A stretch of DNA of 64,000 nucleotides from NCBI GenBank assembly GCA_965368975.1, contig CBDUPA010000002.1:128001-192000 (forward strand), read 5' to 3'. The notes under the pieces were generated by a model. It searched no databases. It was given only the letters and a program-made list of their open reading frames with translations, and was not told where the DNA came from. Below are positions 1-8,915 of the stretch, piece by piece. Made by a program: the position numbers and the translations under genes. This DNA comes from an uncultured bacterium (GTDB lineage Bacteria > Acidobacteriota > Thermoanaerobaculia > Multivoradales > JAHZIX01). The first letter of the stretch is position 1; each line of letters starts with the position of its first letter.

Positions 1-2
1 CA

Positions 3-1538
3 GCACCCAATCAGCAGGGCCTCGACGGCTATGAAGGCGTTCTGCGCACGGATGTCACGACGATCGCGGATGCGCTGCGCCAGCAGGGGTACCACACCTA
101 CATGACGGGCAAGTGGCACCTCGGTCACTCGCCCGCGCACATCCCGGCCGCGCGCGGCTTCGAACGCTCTTTCGCGTTGCTCAACTCCGCCGGGAGTCAC
201 TTCGACCTGACCGGCTACAAGGTCGAGAATGAAGTCTCCGAGTTCACCCAGGACGAGACCTACTTGCGCGAGTTGCCCCGCGACTACTACTCCAGCAAGA
301 CCTTCACCGACAAGCTGATCGACTTCATCGAAGCAGATCGGGCGGACGGAAAACCCTTCTTCGCCTACCTCGCCTACCAGGCCCCGCACGACCCCTTGCA
401 GGTACCGGACCGGTGGTTGCGCCGCTACAAGGGACACTACGACCAAGGCTGGGACGCGTCTCGCGAAGCACGCATGACCCGCATGAAAGAGCTGGGCATC
501 CTGCCAGAGCAGGCGAGCGCCGCACCTCGACTCTGGTTCATTCCCGCCTGGGAGGACCTGACGGGCATCGCCCAGGTCCAGGCCGCGCGCAAGATGGAGA
601 TCTACGCTGCCATGGTCGAGTACATGGACAGCCAGATCGGGCGACTCCTCGACTACCTCGAGAGCCACGGACTCGCTGACGACACCTACGTGCTCTTCCT
701 GTCGGACAACGGGCCCGAGGGCAACGACTCGATCGCCACCGCCAAGCGACAGCCGGCAACGGCAGCTGCCAACTTCTTCGCCCAGAACTACCGAACCGAC
801 TTCGCGTCCTGGGGACGCAAGGACTCCTACATGGCGTACGGTCAAGCCTGGGCGCAGGTCTCGGCCACTCCGTTCTACATGTTCAAGGGCTCGATGTTCG
901 AAGGCGGCATTCGCTCACCTCTCATCGTCTGGCACCGCGACAGCACCAAGGCGGGAGCTGTCAACACCGAAGACGTTCTGCACGTCAGCGACGTCGCTCC
1001 GACTCTGCTCGACCTCGCGGGCCTGCCCGTCGACCTGCTGCACGCTCGAGGCGCCGGTCCGCGGCACCTCGACGAGCAACAGCGCGCCGAGCTACAAGCC
1101 GGACAGTCCTGGAGAGCACTGCTGGGCGAAGCTTCGAAGGGCGAACCTCGTTCCGGTCTCGGTATGGAGATCTGGGGCGGGCGCGTGTATCGCCAGGGCC
1201 CTTGGAAGCTGACGTGGATGCACCGTCCCTTCGGTACCGACGACTGGCAACTGTTTCACGTCATCGACGATCCGGCCGAGCGCGTTGATCTGTCCGCACG
1301 GCATCCCGAGATCAGGGAACGGATGATCGAAGCCTGGAACGCCTACGCCCGCAGCAACAACGTCGTCCTGCCCGATCGAACCGATTACGACGGCATGGAA
1401 GACCGGCTACCACCCAGACCACCGGTCGAATCCCCAGGCTGGCCGCGCGGTCAGGAACCCAACTGGACGTCGGACGAAGACGAGCCGAGCACACCGCAGA
1501 ACGGCTCCCGAAATGAAGTACCGCAACAACTCCCCTGA
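3..1538 (+). CDS. Arylsulfatase (AtsA-like), 5' end truncated by the window edge
   Basis: The frame is open from position 3 (GYEGVL...ADALRQQGYHTYMTGKWHLG). It carries the sulfatase motifs GKWHLG, PFFAYLAYQAPHDPLQ, SDNG and EGGIRSP. The CxPxR motif would lie upstream of the window. Confidence 0.92.
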   Translation, partial: APNQQGLDGYEGVLRTDVTTIADALRQQGYHTYMTGKWHLGHSPAHIPAARGFERSFALLNSAGSHFDLTGYKVENEVSEFTQDETYLRELPRDYYSSKTFTDKLIDFIEADRADGKPFFAYLAYQAPHDPLQVPDRWLRRYKGHYDQGWDASREARMTRMKELGILPEQASAAPRLWFIPAWEDLTGIAQVQAARKMEIYAAMVEYMDSQIGRLLDYLESHGLADDTYVLFLSDNGPEGNDSIATAKRQPATAAANFFAQNYRTDFASWGRKDSYMAYGQAWAQVSATPFYMFKGSMFEGGIRSPLIVWHRDSTKAGAVNTEDVLHVSDVAPTLLDLAGLPVDLLHARGAGPRHLDEQQRAELQAGQSWRALLGEASKGEPRSGLGMEIWGGRVYRQGPWKLTWMHRPFGTDDWQLFHVIDDPAERVDLSARHPEIRERMIEAWNAYARSNNVVLPDRTDYDGMEDRLPPRPPVESPGWPRGQEPNWTSDEDEPSTPQNGSRNEVPQQLP

Positions 1539-1557
1539 AGCCCCAGCGAGATTCGAC

Positions 1558-2580
1558 ATGAAACAACCCGCGCTCGCCCTCTTCCACCGACTCACCCCGC
1601 GCCTTGCCGCACTGTGCTCGATCTGCGCCTTCGGACTCGTCTGTGTGCTGCCGGCAACTGCGGCATTCGACGGCCCCCGTGTCTATTGGCCCTTGCCCAA
1701 GAACACCAACATCGTCTCCGGGCACTACCTGTTCGGTACCGCCAATGTCTCGTGGAGTCACTGGACCAACCTGGAACCAGAGTTCGACATCTCCAGTGAC
1801 CTCTACCTGCTCACGTACACACGCGTGCAGCCCATCTTCGGACGCACAGCCTACTTCCAGCTCACCCTACCGGCGGCGACGCTCGACCCGTCTTCGCCTC
1901 TTCCCGTGACAACGCAGGATACCTTCACCAATGGCATCGGTGATCCGTCCTTCTCGGCTACCGTCAACCTGTATGGCACTCCGGCGCTGAAGGCCAAAGA
2001 CTTCTTGCGGCACGACCTCGACACATCGATCAACCTGGGCATCCAGGTGACCGCTCCTTGGGGCGACTACGACAGTGAGGAATCGCTCAATGTGGGTGCC
2101 AACCAGTGGAAGACGCGGGTCGCGCTGCCGGTCGTGCAGTCTCTCGGTCCGTGGGTTCCCGGACAGCGATTCACGCTGGAGGTGATGCCCTCGGTCGTCC
2201 TGTTCGGTGACAACGACGACGCCCTGGGTAGTGAGATCGAACAGGATCCCCTCTACAGCGTCGAAGTCCACCTGACGCGTGACATGACACGTCAAGCCTT
2301 CATTTCGCTCGACTACACCTGGCTCGACGGTGGCGAGGAAACCTGGACCGACAAGGCAACCGGCATGACCTCGCGCACCACGCAGGGTCTCGATGCCCAA
2401 TTGCTGGGCGCCACCCTCGGCTTCGAGATCAACGATCACCTCCGCCTGTTCCTGACCCACATGCAAACCGTGTCCGAGGACGGCGACCGTGTCTCACTCG
2501 AAGGATCACTCACCAAGGTCACCTTCTCCTGGTCCTGGCACGACGTCCTCGAACGCGTGCAGCAGTTCCGCAGCGACTGA
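1558..2580 (+). CDS. Putative outer-membrane beta-barrel transporter (MetA/phenol-degradation-like family)
   Basis: Signal peptide, GIGDP and 'APWGDYD..SLNVGANQW' motifs, and alternating beta-strand pattern. It lies between the sulfatase and FGE genes. The start could be 1513 or 1558. Confidence 0.7.
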   Translation: MKQPALALFHRLTPRLAALCSICAFGLVCVLPATAAFDGPRVYWPLPKNTNIVSGHYLFGTANVSWSHWTNLEPEFDISSDLYLLTYTRVQPIFGRTAYFQLTLPAATLDPSSPLPVTTQDTFTNGIGDPSFSATVNLYGTPALKAKDFLRHDLDTSINLGIQVTAPWGDYDSEESLNVGANQWKTRVALPVVQSLGPWVPGQRFTLEVMPSVVLFGDNDDALGSEIEQDPLYSVEVHLTRDMTRQAFISLDYTWLDGGEETWTDKATGMTSRTTQGLDAQLLGATLGFEINDHLRLFLTHMQTVSEDGDRVSLEGSLTKVTFSWSWHDVLERVQQFRSD

Positions 2581-2590
2581 AGCACCGACA

Positions 2591-3583
2591 ATGCTCTTTC
2601 ATCCAGGCTTCGCGGGTGCCATCCTGCTCGCCGCCGTGCTCTGCCAGGCATCGCCAGTCGAGACTCAGAGTACCGTTCCAAAGGACGTCCAGCCGGCGCC
2701 TTCGCCGGCACCACGGGGCATGATCTGGATTCCTGCCGGACGGACGACAATCGGCTCCGACCACCACTACTCGGAAGAGCGGCAGGCCCACGTGGTCGAG
2801 GTCGGGGGATTCTGGATAGATCGCTTCGAGGTGACGAACCAACGATTCGCGGAGTTCGTGGAGGCCACGGGCTACGCCACTACCGCCGAGCGAGCCACCG
2901 AGCTCGGATTTCCCGCCGCGGGCTCCGCCGTCTTTCAGCCCCCCACCGAAGGAGGAGCTGGCTGGACCTTCCTGGCGGGCGCCACCTGGCGCCACCCGGA
3001 AGGCCCCGGAAGTTCGATCGATGGTCGGTTGGATGAGCCCGTGGTGCATGTCTCCTTCGAGGATGCGGTCGCCTTCGCCACCTGGAGTGGCCGTACCCTA
3101 CCGACGGAAGAACAGTGGGAACACGCCGCCCGCCTCGGGCTCGGGGAGCCGGGTTCACCGTCGTGGCAGGCACCTGAGACGGCAACGGGAAAGCCTCTCG
3201 CCAATACCTGGCAGGGGTACTTTCCGCTCGAGAACCAGGCTCTCGATGGGTTCCCAGGTCGAGCTCCGGTAGGTAGCTTTCCACCTGACGAGCTCGGCGT
3301 CTTCGACATGATCGGCAACGTGTGGGAGTGGACCCGCAGTCCCTACTGTGGCCAGCACGGATCGACCAACGCGGGGACTTGTGAGCAGGACGGCTACGAC
3401 CCACAACAACCGGGAGGCTCGCCCGGTGTCATCAAAGGCGGCTCCTACCTCTGCGCTCCCACGGCCTGTCGCCGCTACCGTGCGTCCGCGCGCCAGCCGC
3501 AAGACCGAAGACTCGGGACCAATCACCTGGGCTTCAGGACCGTGGTCGAACCGACGTCCCCCACCTCCGAGAGTCGGAAGTAG
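2591..3583 (+). CDS. Formylglycine-generating enzyme (SUMF1/FGE family)
   Basis: Motifs EVTN.RF..FV..TGY, PVVHVSFEDA, LPTEEQWE, DMIGNVWEW and KGGSYLC.PT.C.RYR.SAR, with the catalytic Cys pair. ATG at 2591 is followed by a signal-like segment. Confidence 0.9.
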   Translation: MLFHPGFAGAILLAAVLCQASPVETQSTVPKDVQPAPSPAPRGMIWIPAGRTTIGSDHHYSEERQAHVVEVGGFWIDRFEVTNQRFAEFVEATGYATTAERATELGFPAAGSAVFQPPTEGGAGWTFLAGATWRHPEGPGSSIDGRLDEPVVHVSFEDAVAFATWSGRTLPTEEQWEHAARLGLGEPGSPSWQAPETATGKPLANTWQGYFPLENQALDGFPGRAPVGSFPPDELGVFDMIGNVWEWTRSPYCGQHGSTNAGTCEQDGYDPQQPGGSPGVIKGGSYLCAPTACRRYRASARQPQDRRLGTNHLGFRTVVEPTSPTSESRK

Positions 3584-3587
3584 CGGA

Positions 3588-6221
3588 TCAAGCCGCTACG
3601 GCTTGAATCCGCTTCAGGAGCACCCCGACGTTCGCAATCCGCTGATCCGGCTTCTTCTCTAGGCACTGCAGCAGCAACCGCTCCAGCTCCGCCGGAATCT
3701 CCGGCCAGTGCGCGCTCGGAGGGATCGGATCTTCGTTGATGTGCGCCACGACGATCTGCATGGCTGTTTTGCCAGAGAACGGTAGCTTGCCGGTGAACAT
3801 CTCGTAGAACACCATGCCGCAGGCGTAGATGTCCGCGCGCTGGTCGGGCTCTTCACCCTGCAGCTGCTCCGGTGCCAGGTAGTGCGGCGTGCCAACGAGA
3901 GAACCTGGTTCGGTCTGGCCAGCGGTTGTTCGCTTGATCGGACGCGCGATGCCGAAGTCCATCAGTTTGGCGTTGCCGGCGTTGTCGATGATCAGGTTCT
4001 CTGGCTTGATATCTCGATGCAGCACACCTTCCTGGTGTGCCGCCTGCAAGCCGGCGCACAGTTGACGCGCCAGCCGCAGGCCGGCGGACAGTGGCAGTCG
4101 TCCCGTCTGCTCCAGCAAGTACCGCAGCGTCAGGCCGCGTACGTACTCCATGGAGATGAAGGCAATGCCGGCCAGGTCGCCGAAATCGTAGGTCCGCAGC
4201 ACGTTCGGGTGGGTGATACGACGCGCCAGCTTGAGTTCGATCTTCAGGCGCTCCAAGCCTTCCGAATCGTCGAACGCTTCGCGCTTCAGGGTCTTGAGCG
4301 CCACCAGGTCGTCCAGCTCGCGATCCTTGGCCTTGTACACGACGCCCATGCCACCGCTACCGAGCACGCTCAACAGTTCGAAGCGGTTGCCCAGCACCGA
4401 GCCGGGACCGATGCCGGAAAGCGTCATCTGCGCCGAACCATCCGCCGACGTCATGGCAATGGTGCGTGACGTTGGCGCCAGGCCGGCGAGACGCTCGGCG
4501 GCATTGGCATCGAGCACAAAAAGTGGCTGCGTGCTGAGTGCGCCCTGCGACGCGTGCAGCTCGACGCCGGAGCGCTGGAAGCTATCCTGCAGTTCCTCAC
4601 GGACCGAGCGCGCAAGCAAGATGTCTCCCGGTGTCGCCTCGCGCAGGAGCGTGTCTAGTTGCAACACGACGGAGCCGACCAGAGCGTGCTTGGGGTGCTC
4701 ACCCCAGGCTACCGAGCCATACACGATCTCGCCTTGGGCCACCGCGACGGCGGGTGGATCTGCTTGCGAGAAGGCATCGTCCCCACGCAGGTGGCGTACC
4801 AGCTGGCCTGCCGCGACGACCGCGTTGAGGGTCGCTCCCAGGCCCTCGAAGCGCGCCAAGACGCGGTGGCCGGCCAGGGCTTCGATGTGACCATGGCGCG
4901 CGGCAACAGCGGAGGCGACCCTGCGGAGGTCACGGGTCACGCTTTCGATCGTCGCCTCGGCGTCGTTCTGACTGCGCAGCTGGGCGAAGCGTCGCAGCTC
5001 GACAGCCAGCAAAGCCACCGGTCGAACCGACGGGGCAATGAGAGCTTCCCCGACATCCGGGTCGGGCAGGTAACGCGACAGGTCACTGACGTAGGCTTCG
5101 ATCTCGGTCTTCTCGCGCAGGTCGCCGAGCAGGGAGTTGAAGGCACGCGCCAGCTGCGAGACCTCACCACCTCCGCTCTCCGGGATGCTGCGGCTGTAGT
5201 CTCCTTGCGCCGCCGCCTCGGCGGCTGTGACCAGTTGCTTGACGGGTTGCAGGGTACGACGTGACAGGGCGTAGGAGAGCACCAGGGCGATCAGTAGCGA
5301 CAGGCCGCCGGCGATCAGGATGGCACGCTGCATGGCCCGGTAGCCGCTCAGCTCGGCATCAACGGAGAAGAGGCTGACGGTGGCGCCCGCGATCTCGCCC
5401 GTGGAGTCGACCAGCGGTACGGCACTGGCACGATACCGGTCGTCCAACTCCACCTCGTAGCGCGTCACTTCTTCGCCACGCTCCAGCACCTGGCTGAGGA
5501 TGCCGTCACTCTGTAGCCGCTGGCGCAAGCGGTCGGCGAGAGCGGCGTCGAGAGTCGTCGCCGGGATCTGCAGTGAGCCGTCGGCTCGAGCGAGCACGAA
5601 GTTGACGTCCGAACCGCTGATGCGTTTGATCTCGGAGGCCAGGGCGTCGTCGACGGCGAAGCCGGTCACCAGCAAGCCGTAGAGGTCGAAGTTGGGACTG
5701 AGAATCGGCACCACGGCGGCCTGGAAGAGGCGGTCGCTCTCGAGCCAGAATCCCGCCTGCCGTTGCGATGCCGTGAGAACGGCCTCGACCAGCGGCATGG
5801 AGGAGAGATCAGAACCGAAGTCGCCTGGGCGGTCCGTGCGCACCAGGACCCGGCCTTCCGGGTTCAAGATAATCGCGAACTCGAAGCCCATGCTCTGCTG
5901 GCGCTCGCCCAGGATGTCGAGCATCGAGCCGCGATCGACGATCCCCTCCCCGTCCAGACCGCCGCCGGACGCCTCGATGATGTAGCTGGTGAACGGCGTG
6001 TCGTTGGAAAAGACCTGCGAGATCAACTCCAGCTGGTCGAAGCGACGCTCGCGCATCTCGGCCTGGATCGACTGGCTGGTCTCCAGGGAGCTTCGGATCG
6101 CCGTCTCGGCACTACGGTTGCCGATCAGATAGGTCACCCCGACGGCGGCCCCGATCGACAGCGTCACCAGCAGGGCGCTGATCAGGAAGATGCGAACTCC
6201 GAGAGGCAATGAGATGCGCAT
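3588..6221 (-). CDS. Membrane Ser/Thr protein kinase: TM-dCache-like sensor-TM-HAMP-degenerate cyclase-like domain-kinase
   Basis: Kinase motifs GSGGMGVVYKA, VALK, HRDIKPEN, DFG and GTPHYLAPE. Two TM helices flank a periplasmic domain, followed by a HAMP domain (PVKQLV...EVSQLARAFN). Confidence 0.88.
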   Translation of the reverse strand: MRISLPLGVRIFLISALLVTLSIGAAVGVTYLIGNRSAETAIRSSLETSQSIQAEMRERRFDQLELISQVFSNDTPFTSYIIEASGGGLDGEGIVDRGSMLDILGERQQSMGFEFAIILNPEGRVLVRTDRPGDFGSDLSSMPLVEAVLTASQRQAGFWLESDRLFQAAVVPILSPNFDLYGLLVTGFAVDDALASEIKRISGSDVNFVLARADGSLQIPATTLDAALADRLRQRLQSDGILSQVLERGEEVTRYEVELDDRYRASAVPLVDSTGEIAGATVSLFSVDAELSGYRAMQRAILIAGGLSLLIALVLSYALSRRTLQPVKQLVTAAEAAAQGDYSRSIPESGGGEVSQLARAFNSLLGDLREKTEIEAYVSDLSRYLPDPDVGEALIAPSVRPVALLAVELRRFAQLRSQNDAEATIESVTRDLRRVASAVAARHGHIEALAGHRVLARFEGLGATLNAVVAAGQLVRHLRGDDAFSQADPPAVAVAQGEIVYGSVAWGEHPKHALVGSVVLQLDTLLREATPGDILLARSVREELQDSFQRSGVELHASQGALSTQPLFVLDANAAERLAGLAPTSRTIAMTSADGSAQMTLSGIGPGSVLGNRFELLSVLGSGGMGVVYKAKDRELDDLVALKTLKREAFDDSEGLERLKIELKLARRITHPNVLRTYDFGDLAGIAFISMEYVRGLTLRYLLEQTGRLPLSAGLRLARQLCAGLQAAHQEGVLHRDIKPENLIIDNAGNAKLMDFGIARPIKRTTAGQTEPGSLVGTPHYLAPEQLQGEEPDQRADIYACGMVFYEMFTGKLPFSGKTAMQIVVAHINEDPIPPSAHWPEIPAELERLLLQCLEKKPDQRIANVGVLLKRIQAVAA

Positions 6222-6287
6222 GGGTAGGGCTTGTTGAATCCTAGGGCTGAGTCGGCTCGCGGGCGAGCGTCATTTCAGGTACGAACA

Positions 6288-6986
6288 TCAATTGTAGCGG
6301 TCGCGGCGGCTGTACGGCTTGCCGAACTTGTTCAGGTGCTCCGGCACGCGACGGCGGCTCAAGTCCAGGCGTAGCACCAACGTACCCTCGCGTGGAAGCT
6401 GGATGTCGACGGTCACTGGCTGTGCCCGCTCTTGCCACACCGTCAGCCGGCCCGGCCCGGCGGGCAGATCTTCCAGCCGGAAGCGGCCATCGACGCTCGG
6501 CCGAGTGTAGAAGGGCGTATCGAGCACCAGGATGTGGGCACTCATCGCATAGTGCACATTGCAGAAGACGCGTACCAGTCCGGCTTCGTCGAAGGTGTGG
6601 CTCTTGCCCTCGCCACGCCGGTACAGGCCGACGTCGAAGCGGTTGCCGGGCGACACCGAGAAGACGTTGTGCAAGATTGGATCTTCGTTCGGGAATCGCA
6701 CCGTGCCGCCACGTGGAATCACCAGCAGACCAGGCTCGAACTCTTTGTTGCGCGTCACCATGCTCAGCGGCTCGGCCGGCGGTTCGAGTTCGATCTCCGC
6801 GCCTTCCGTCGATGGCTGGTAGTAGACCACGACGTCTTCGACATCCGTCGTACGCAGTGCCTGACCACGCTCATTGAACAACTGGATGCGCCCGTTCAGC
6901 ACGTGCTGTGCCGCCGCCGGCCAGCTCACCAGGGCTAGCAGAACGGCGGCCAGGGCAGACCGAAATGGGGTCGTCGGCATGGGCAT
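6288..6986 (-). CDS. Secreted cupredoxin-like / carboxypeptidase-regulatory-like domain protein
   Basis: Signal peptide, F.P..LVIP.G..V.FPNEDPILHNVFS and VFCNVH..M, which gives His/Cys/His/Met type-1-copper-like ligands. The start is uncertain (6980-7034). Confidence 0.8.
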   Translation of the reverse strand: MPMPTTPFRSALAAVLLALVSWPAAAQHVLNGRIQLFNERGQALRTTDVEDVVVYYQPSTEGAEIELEPPAEPLSMVTRNKEFEPGLLVIPRGGTVRFPNEDPILHNVFSVSPGNRFDVGLYRRGEGKSHTFDEAGLVRVFCNVHYAMSAHILVLDTPFYTRPSVDGRFRLEDLPAGPGRLTVWQERAQPVTVDIQLPREGTLVLRLDLSRRRVPEHLNKFGKPYSRRDRYN

Positions 6987-7040
6987 GTTCAAGATCCTCG
7001 AGGCTCGGATCTTAGCAGATGCACGCGACCTCACCGGGCT

Positions 7041-8915
7041 CTAGTCTTGCTCGACCACGACCTGCTGGTCGACACCTTCGACCGCAACGTCCTGCTGCGA
7101 GCCATCCGGCCAGTGGACGCGTAGTGCCTCGACCTGCGTCGCGGAGCCGAGACCAAAGGTGACCGGCAGCTCGACCTGCGACAGGTAGCCCCGCGTTGGC
7201 ATCACCTGACGGCGTTGCATGACGCCGCCCACTGTCAGCTCGACCCAGGCTCCGATCGCATCGACGTTGGGTGCCTTGCCCTGCAAGCGCACGCGCAGCC
7301 AGTGGTGACCGGTCGCCTGGTCATTGCGCAGCAGCAACGGCCTACCGCCCACCTGGGTCAGGACGACATCGAGATCACCGTCGCCATCGATGTCGGCATA
7401 CGAGCAGGCGCGGCCCACCAGATCCTGGGCCAGAGCCCCGGTCAGCTCCGGCGGCACCGGCTCGAAACGCTCGCCGGTATTCCAGAACAGCTGTGCCGGC
7501 TGACGGTAACTCTGGCTCGGGTCGACGGTGGCAATCTCGTCTTCCAGGTGACCGTTGGTCTGCAGCAGGTCGAGTCGGCCGTCGAGATCGGCATCGAACA
7601 GGAACAAGCCGAAGGTCAGCATCCGGCGCGACGGCGCACCGATGCCCTCGCTGATCGACTCGTCGACAAAGAAGGTAGGATCGTCCTGGCTGACGTAGGC
7701 CGAGCTCATCTCGTTGGCAAAGTTGCCGATCAGGAAGGCCAGATGCTCGTCGTTGCGGTGATGGCCGACGTCAACACCCATGGCTCCGGTGGCATTGCCG
7801 TCGCGGTCGTAGGCCAGGCCGAAGAACTCGCCAACCTCTTCGAAGGTGCCATCACCCAGGTTGTGGAAGAAGAAGTTGCGCACCGTGTCGTTGGCCACGA
7901 AGAGGTCCATCCAGCCATCGGCATCGATGTCCGCGATGCCCAACGCCAGCGACTTGGCCTCCGGCACGCCGGTGGCGGCATTGCCAACCCGCATCCCCGC
8001 CTCGGCGGTGGCATCCTCGAAGGTGCCGTCGCCCAGGTTGCGGTAGAAGTAAGGGTAGGTGCCCTCGTAACTCTGCGGCGGTCCGTAAGCGCGGCCGACA
8101 CCAGCCAGCCGGAAGTCGAGCTGGAAGTCGATGTCTTTCGACCAGCGCACGTAGTTGGCCACGAAGAGGTCGAGGTCGCCATCGTTGTCGGCGTCGAAGA
8201 AGCCAGCGCCGGTGCTCCACTCACTGGCTTCACCGGCGACGCCCGCGCTTGCCGTCACGTCTTCGAACCGACCGTCGCCACGGTTGCGTAGCAGGCGGTT
8301 CTGGCCCACGGCGGTGACGAAGACATCGCGCCAGCCATCGGCATCGATGTCGCCCACCGCCACGCCCATGCCGTAGTGGCTGATGTCGAGCCCAGCGGCG
8401 ACGGTGACGTCCTCGAACGTGCCGTCACCGCGATTGCGGTAGAGCGCCATGGTCGGTGCCGGTACTCGCGAATCGTTGAACGGCCACGCCGTGGAGTTGA
8501 CGAACAGCAGATCGGCGTCGCCATCGTTGTCGTAGTCGAAGAAAGCAGCGCCGCTGCCCATGGTCTCGGGCAGCAGCTTGTCACCCGTGGCTCCGTTGAC
8601 GTGGGTGAAGTCGATACCGGCCGCGGCCGTCATGTCGGTGAAGATCACGGCGGGCAGGTCCCCGGCTTCACTGTGCACCACTCGCTCGGGTGCCTCTGCC
8701 TCGACCTCTAGCTCCGGTCCCTGCGTCTCCGTTTCACGGGCGAAGAACACGTAGAACAGGACGGCAAGTACAGCGGCACCGACGAGCACCAGCATCGAGA
8801 CGCGGAAGGCCTGGCCGATCACGGTGTCGTCGGTGCTGACGACCTCGCCTCCCTCGTCGAGAATCACATCTTCGTTGCCCCGCAACTCGTCGGGCGTCTG
8901 TCCATCATCCTTCAC
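7041..8915 (-). CDS. CRTAC1-family protein (FG-GAP/VCBS repeats + ASPIC/UnbV), N-terminal membrane anchor
   Basis: Repeated DxDxDGxxDL motifs, an LPETMGSG start motif, and a C-terminal N.DAIGA.V...GYLSQ....V.FGLG...V.WP ASPIC signature. Confidence 0.9.
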   Translation of the reverse strand: MKDDGQTPDELRGNEDVILDEGGEVVSTDDTVIGQAFRVSMLVLVGAAVLAVLFYVFFARETETQGPELEVEAEAPERVVHSEAGDLPAVIFTDMTAAAGIDFTHVNGATGDKLLPETMGSGAAFFDYDNDGDADLLFVNSTAWPFNDSRVPAPTMALYRNRGDGTFEDVTVAAGLDISHYGMGVAVGDIDADGWRDVFVTAVGQNRLLRNRGDGRFEDVTASAGVAGEASEWSTGAGFFDADNDGDLDLFVANYVRWSKDIDFQLDFRLAGVGRAYGPPQSYEGTYPYFYRNLGDGTFEDATAEAGMRVGNAATGVPEAKSLALGIADIDADGWMDLFVANDTVRNFFFHNLGDGTFEEVGEFFGLAYDRDGNATGAMGVDVGHHRNDEHLAFLIGNFANEMSSAYVSQDDPTFFVDESISEGIGAPSRRMLTFGLFLFDADLDGRLDLLQTNGHLEDEIATVDPSQSYRQPAQLFWNTGERFEPVPPELTGALAQDLVGRACSYADIDGDGDLDVVLTQVGGRPLLLRNDQATGHHWLRVRLQGKAPNVDAIGAWVELTVGGVMQRRQVMPTRGYLSQVELPVTFGLGSATQVEALRVHWPDGSQQDVAVEGVDQQVVVEQD

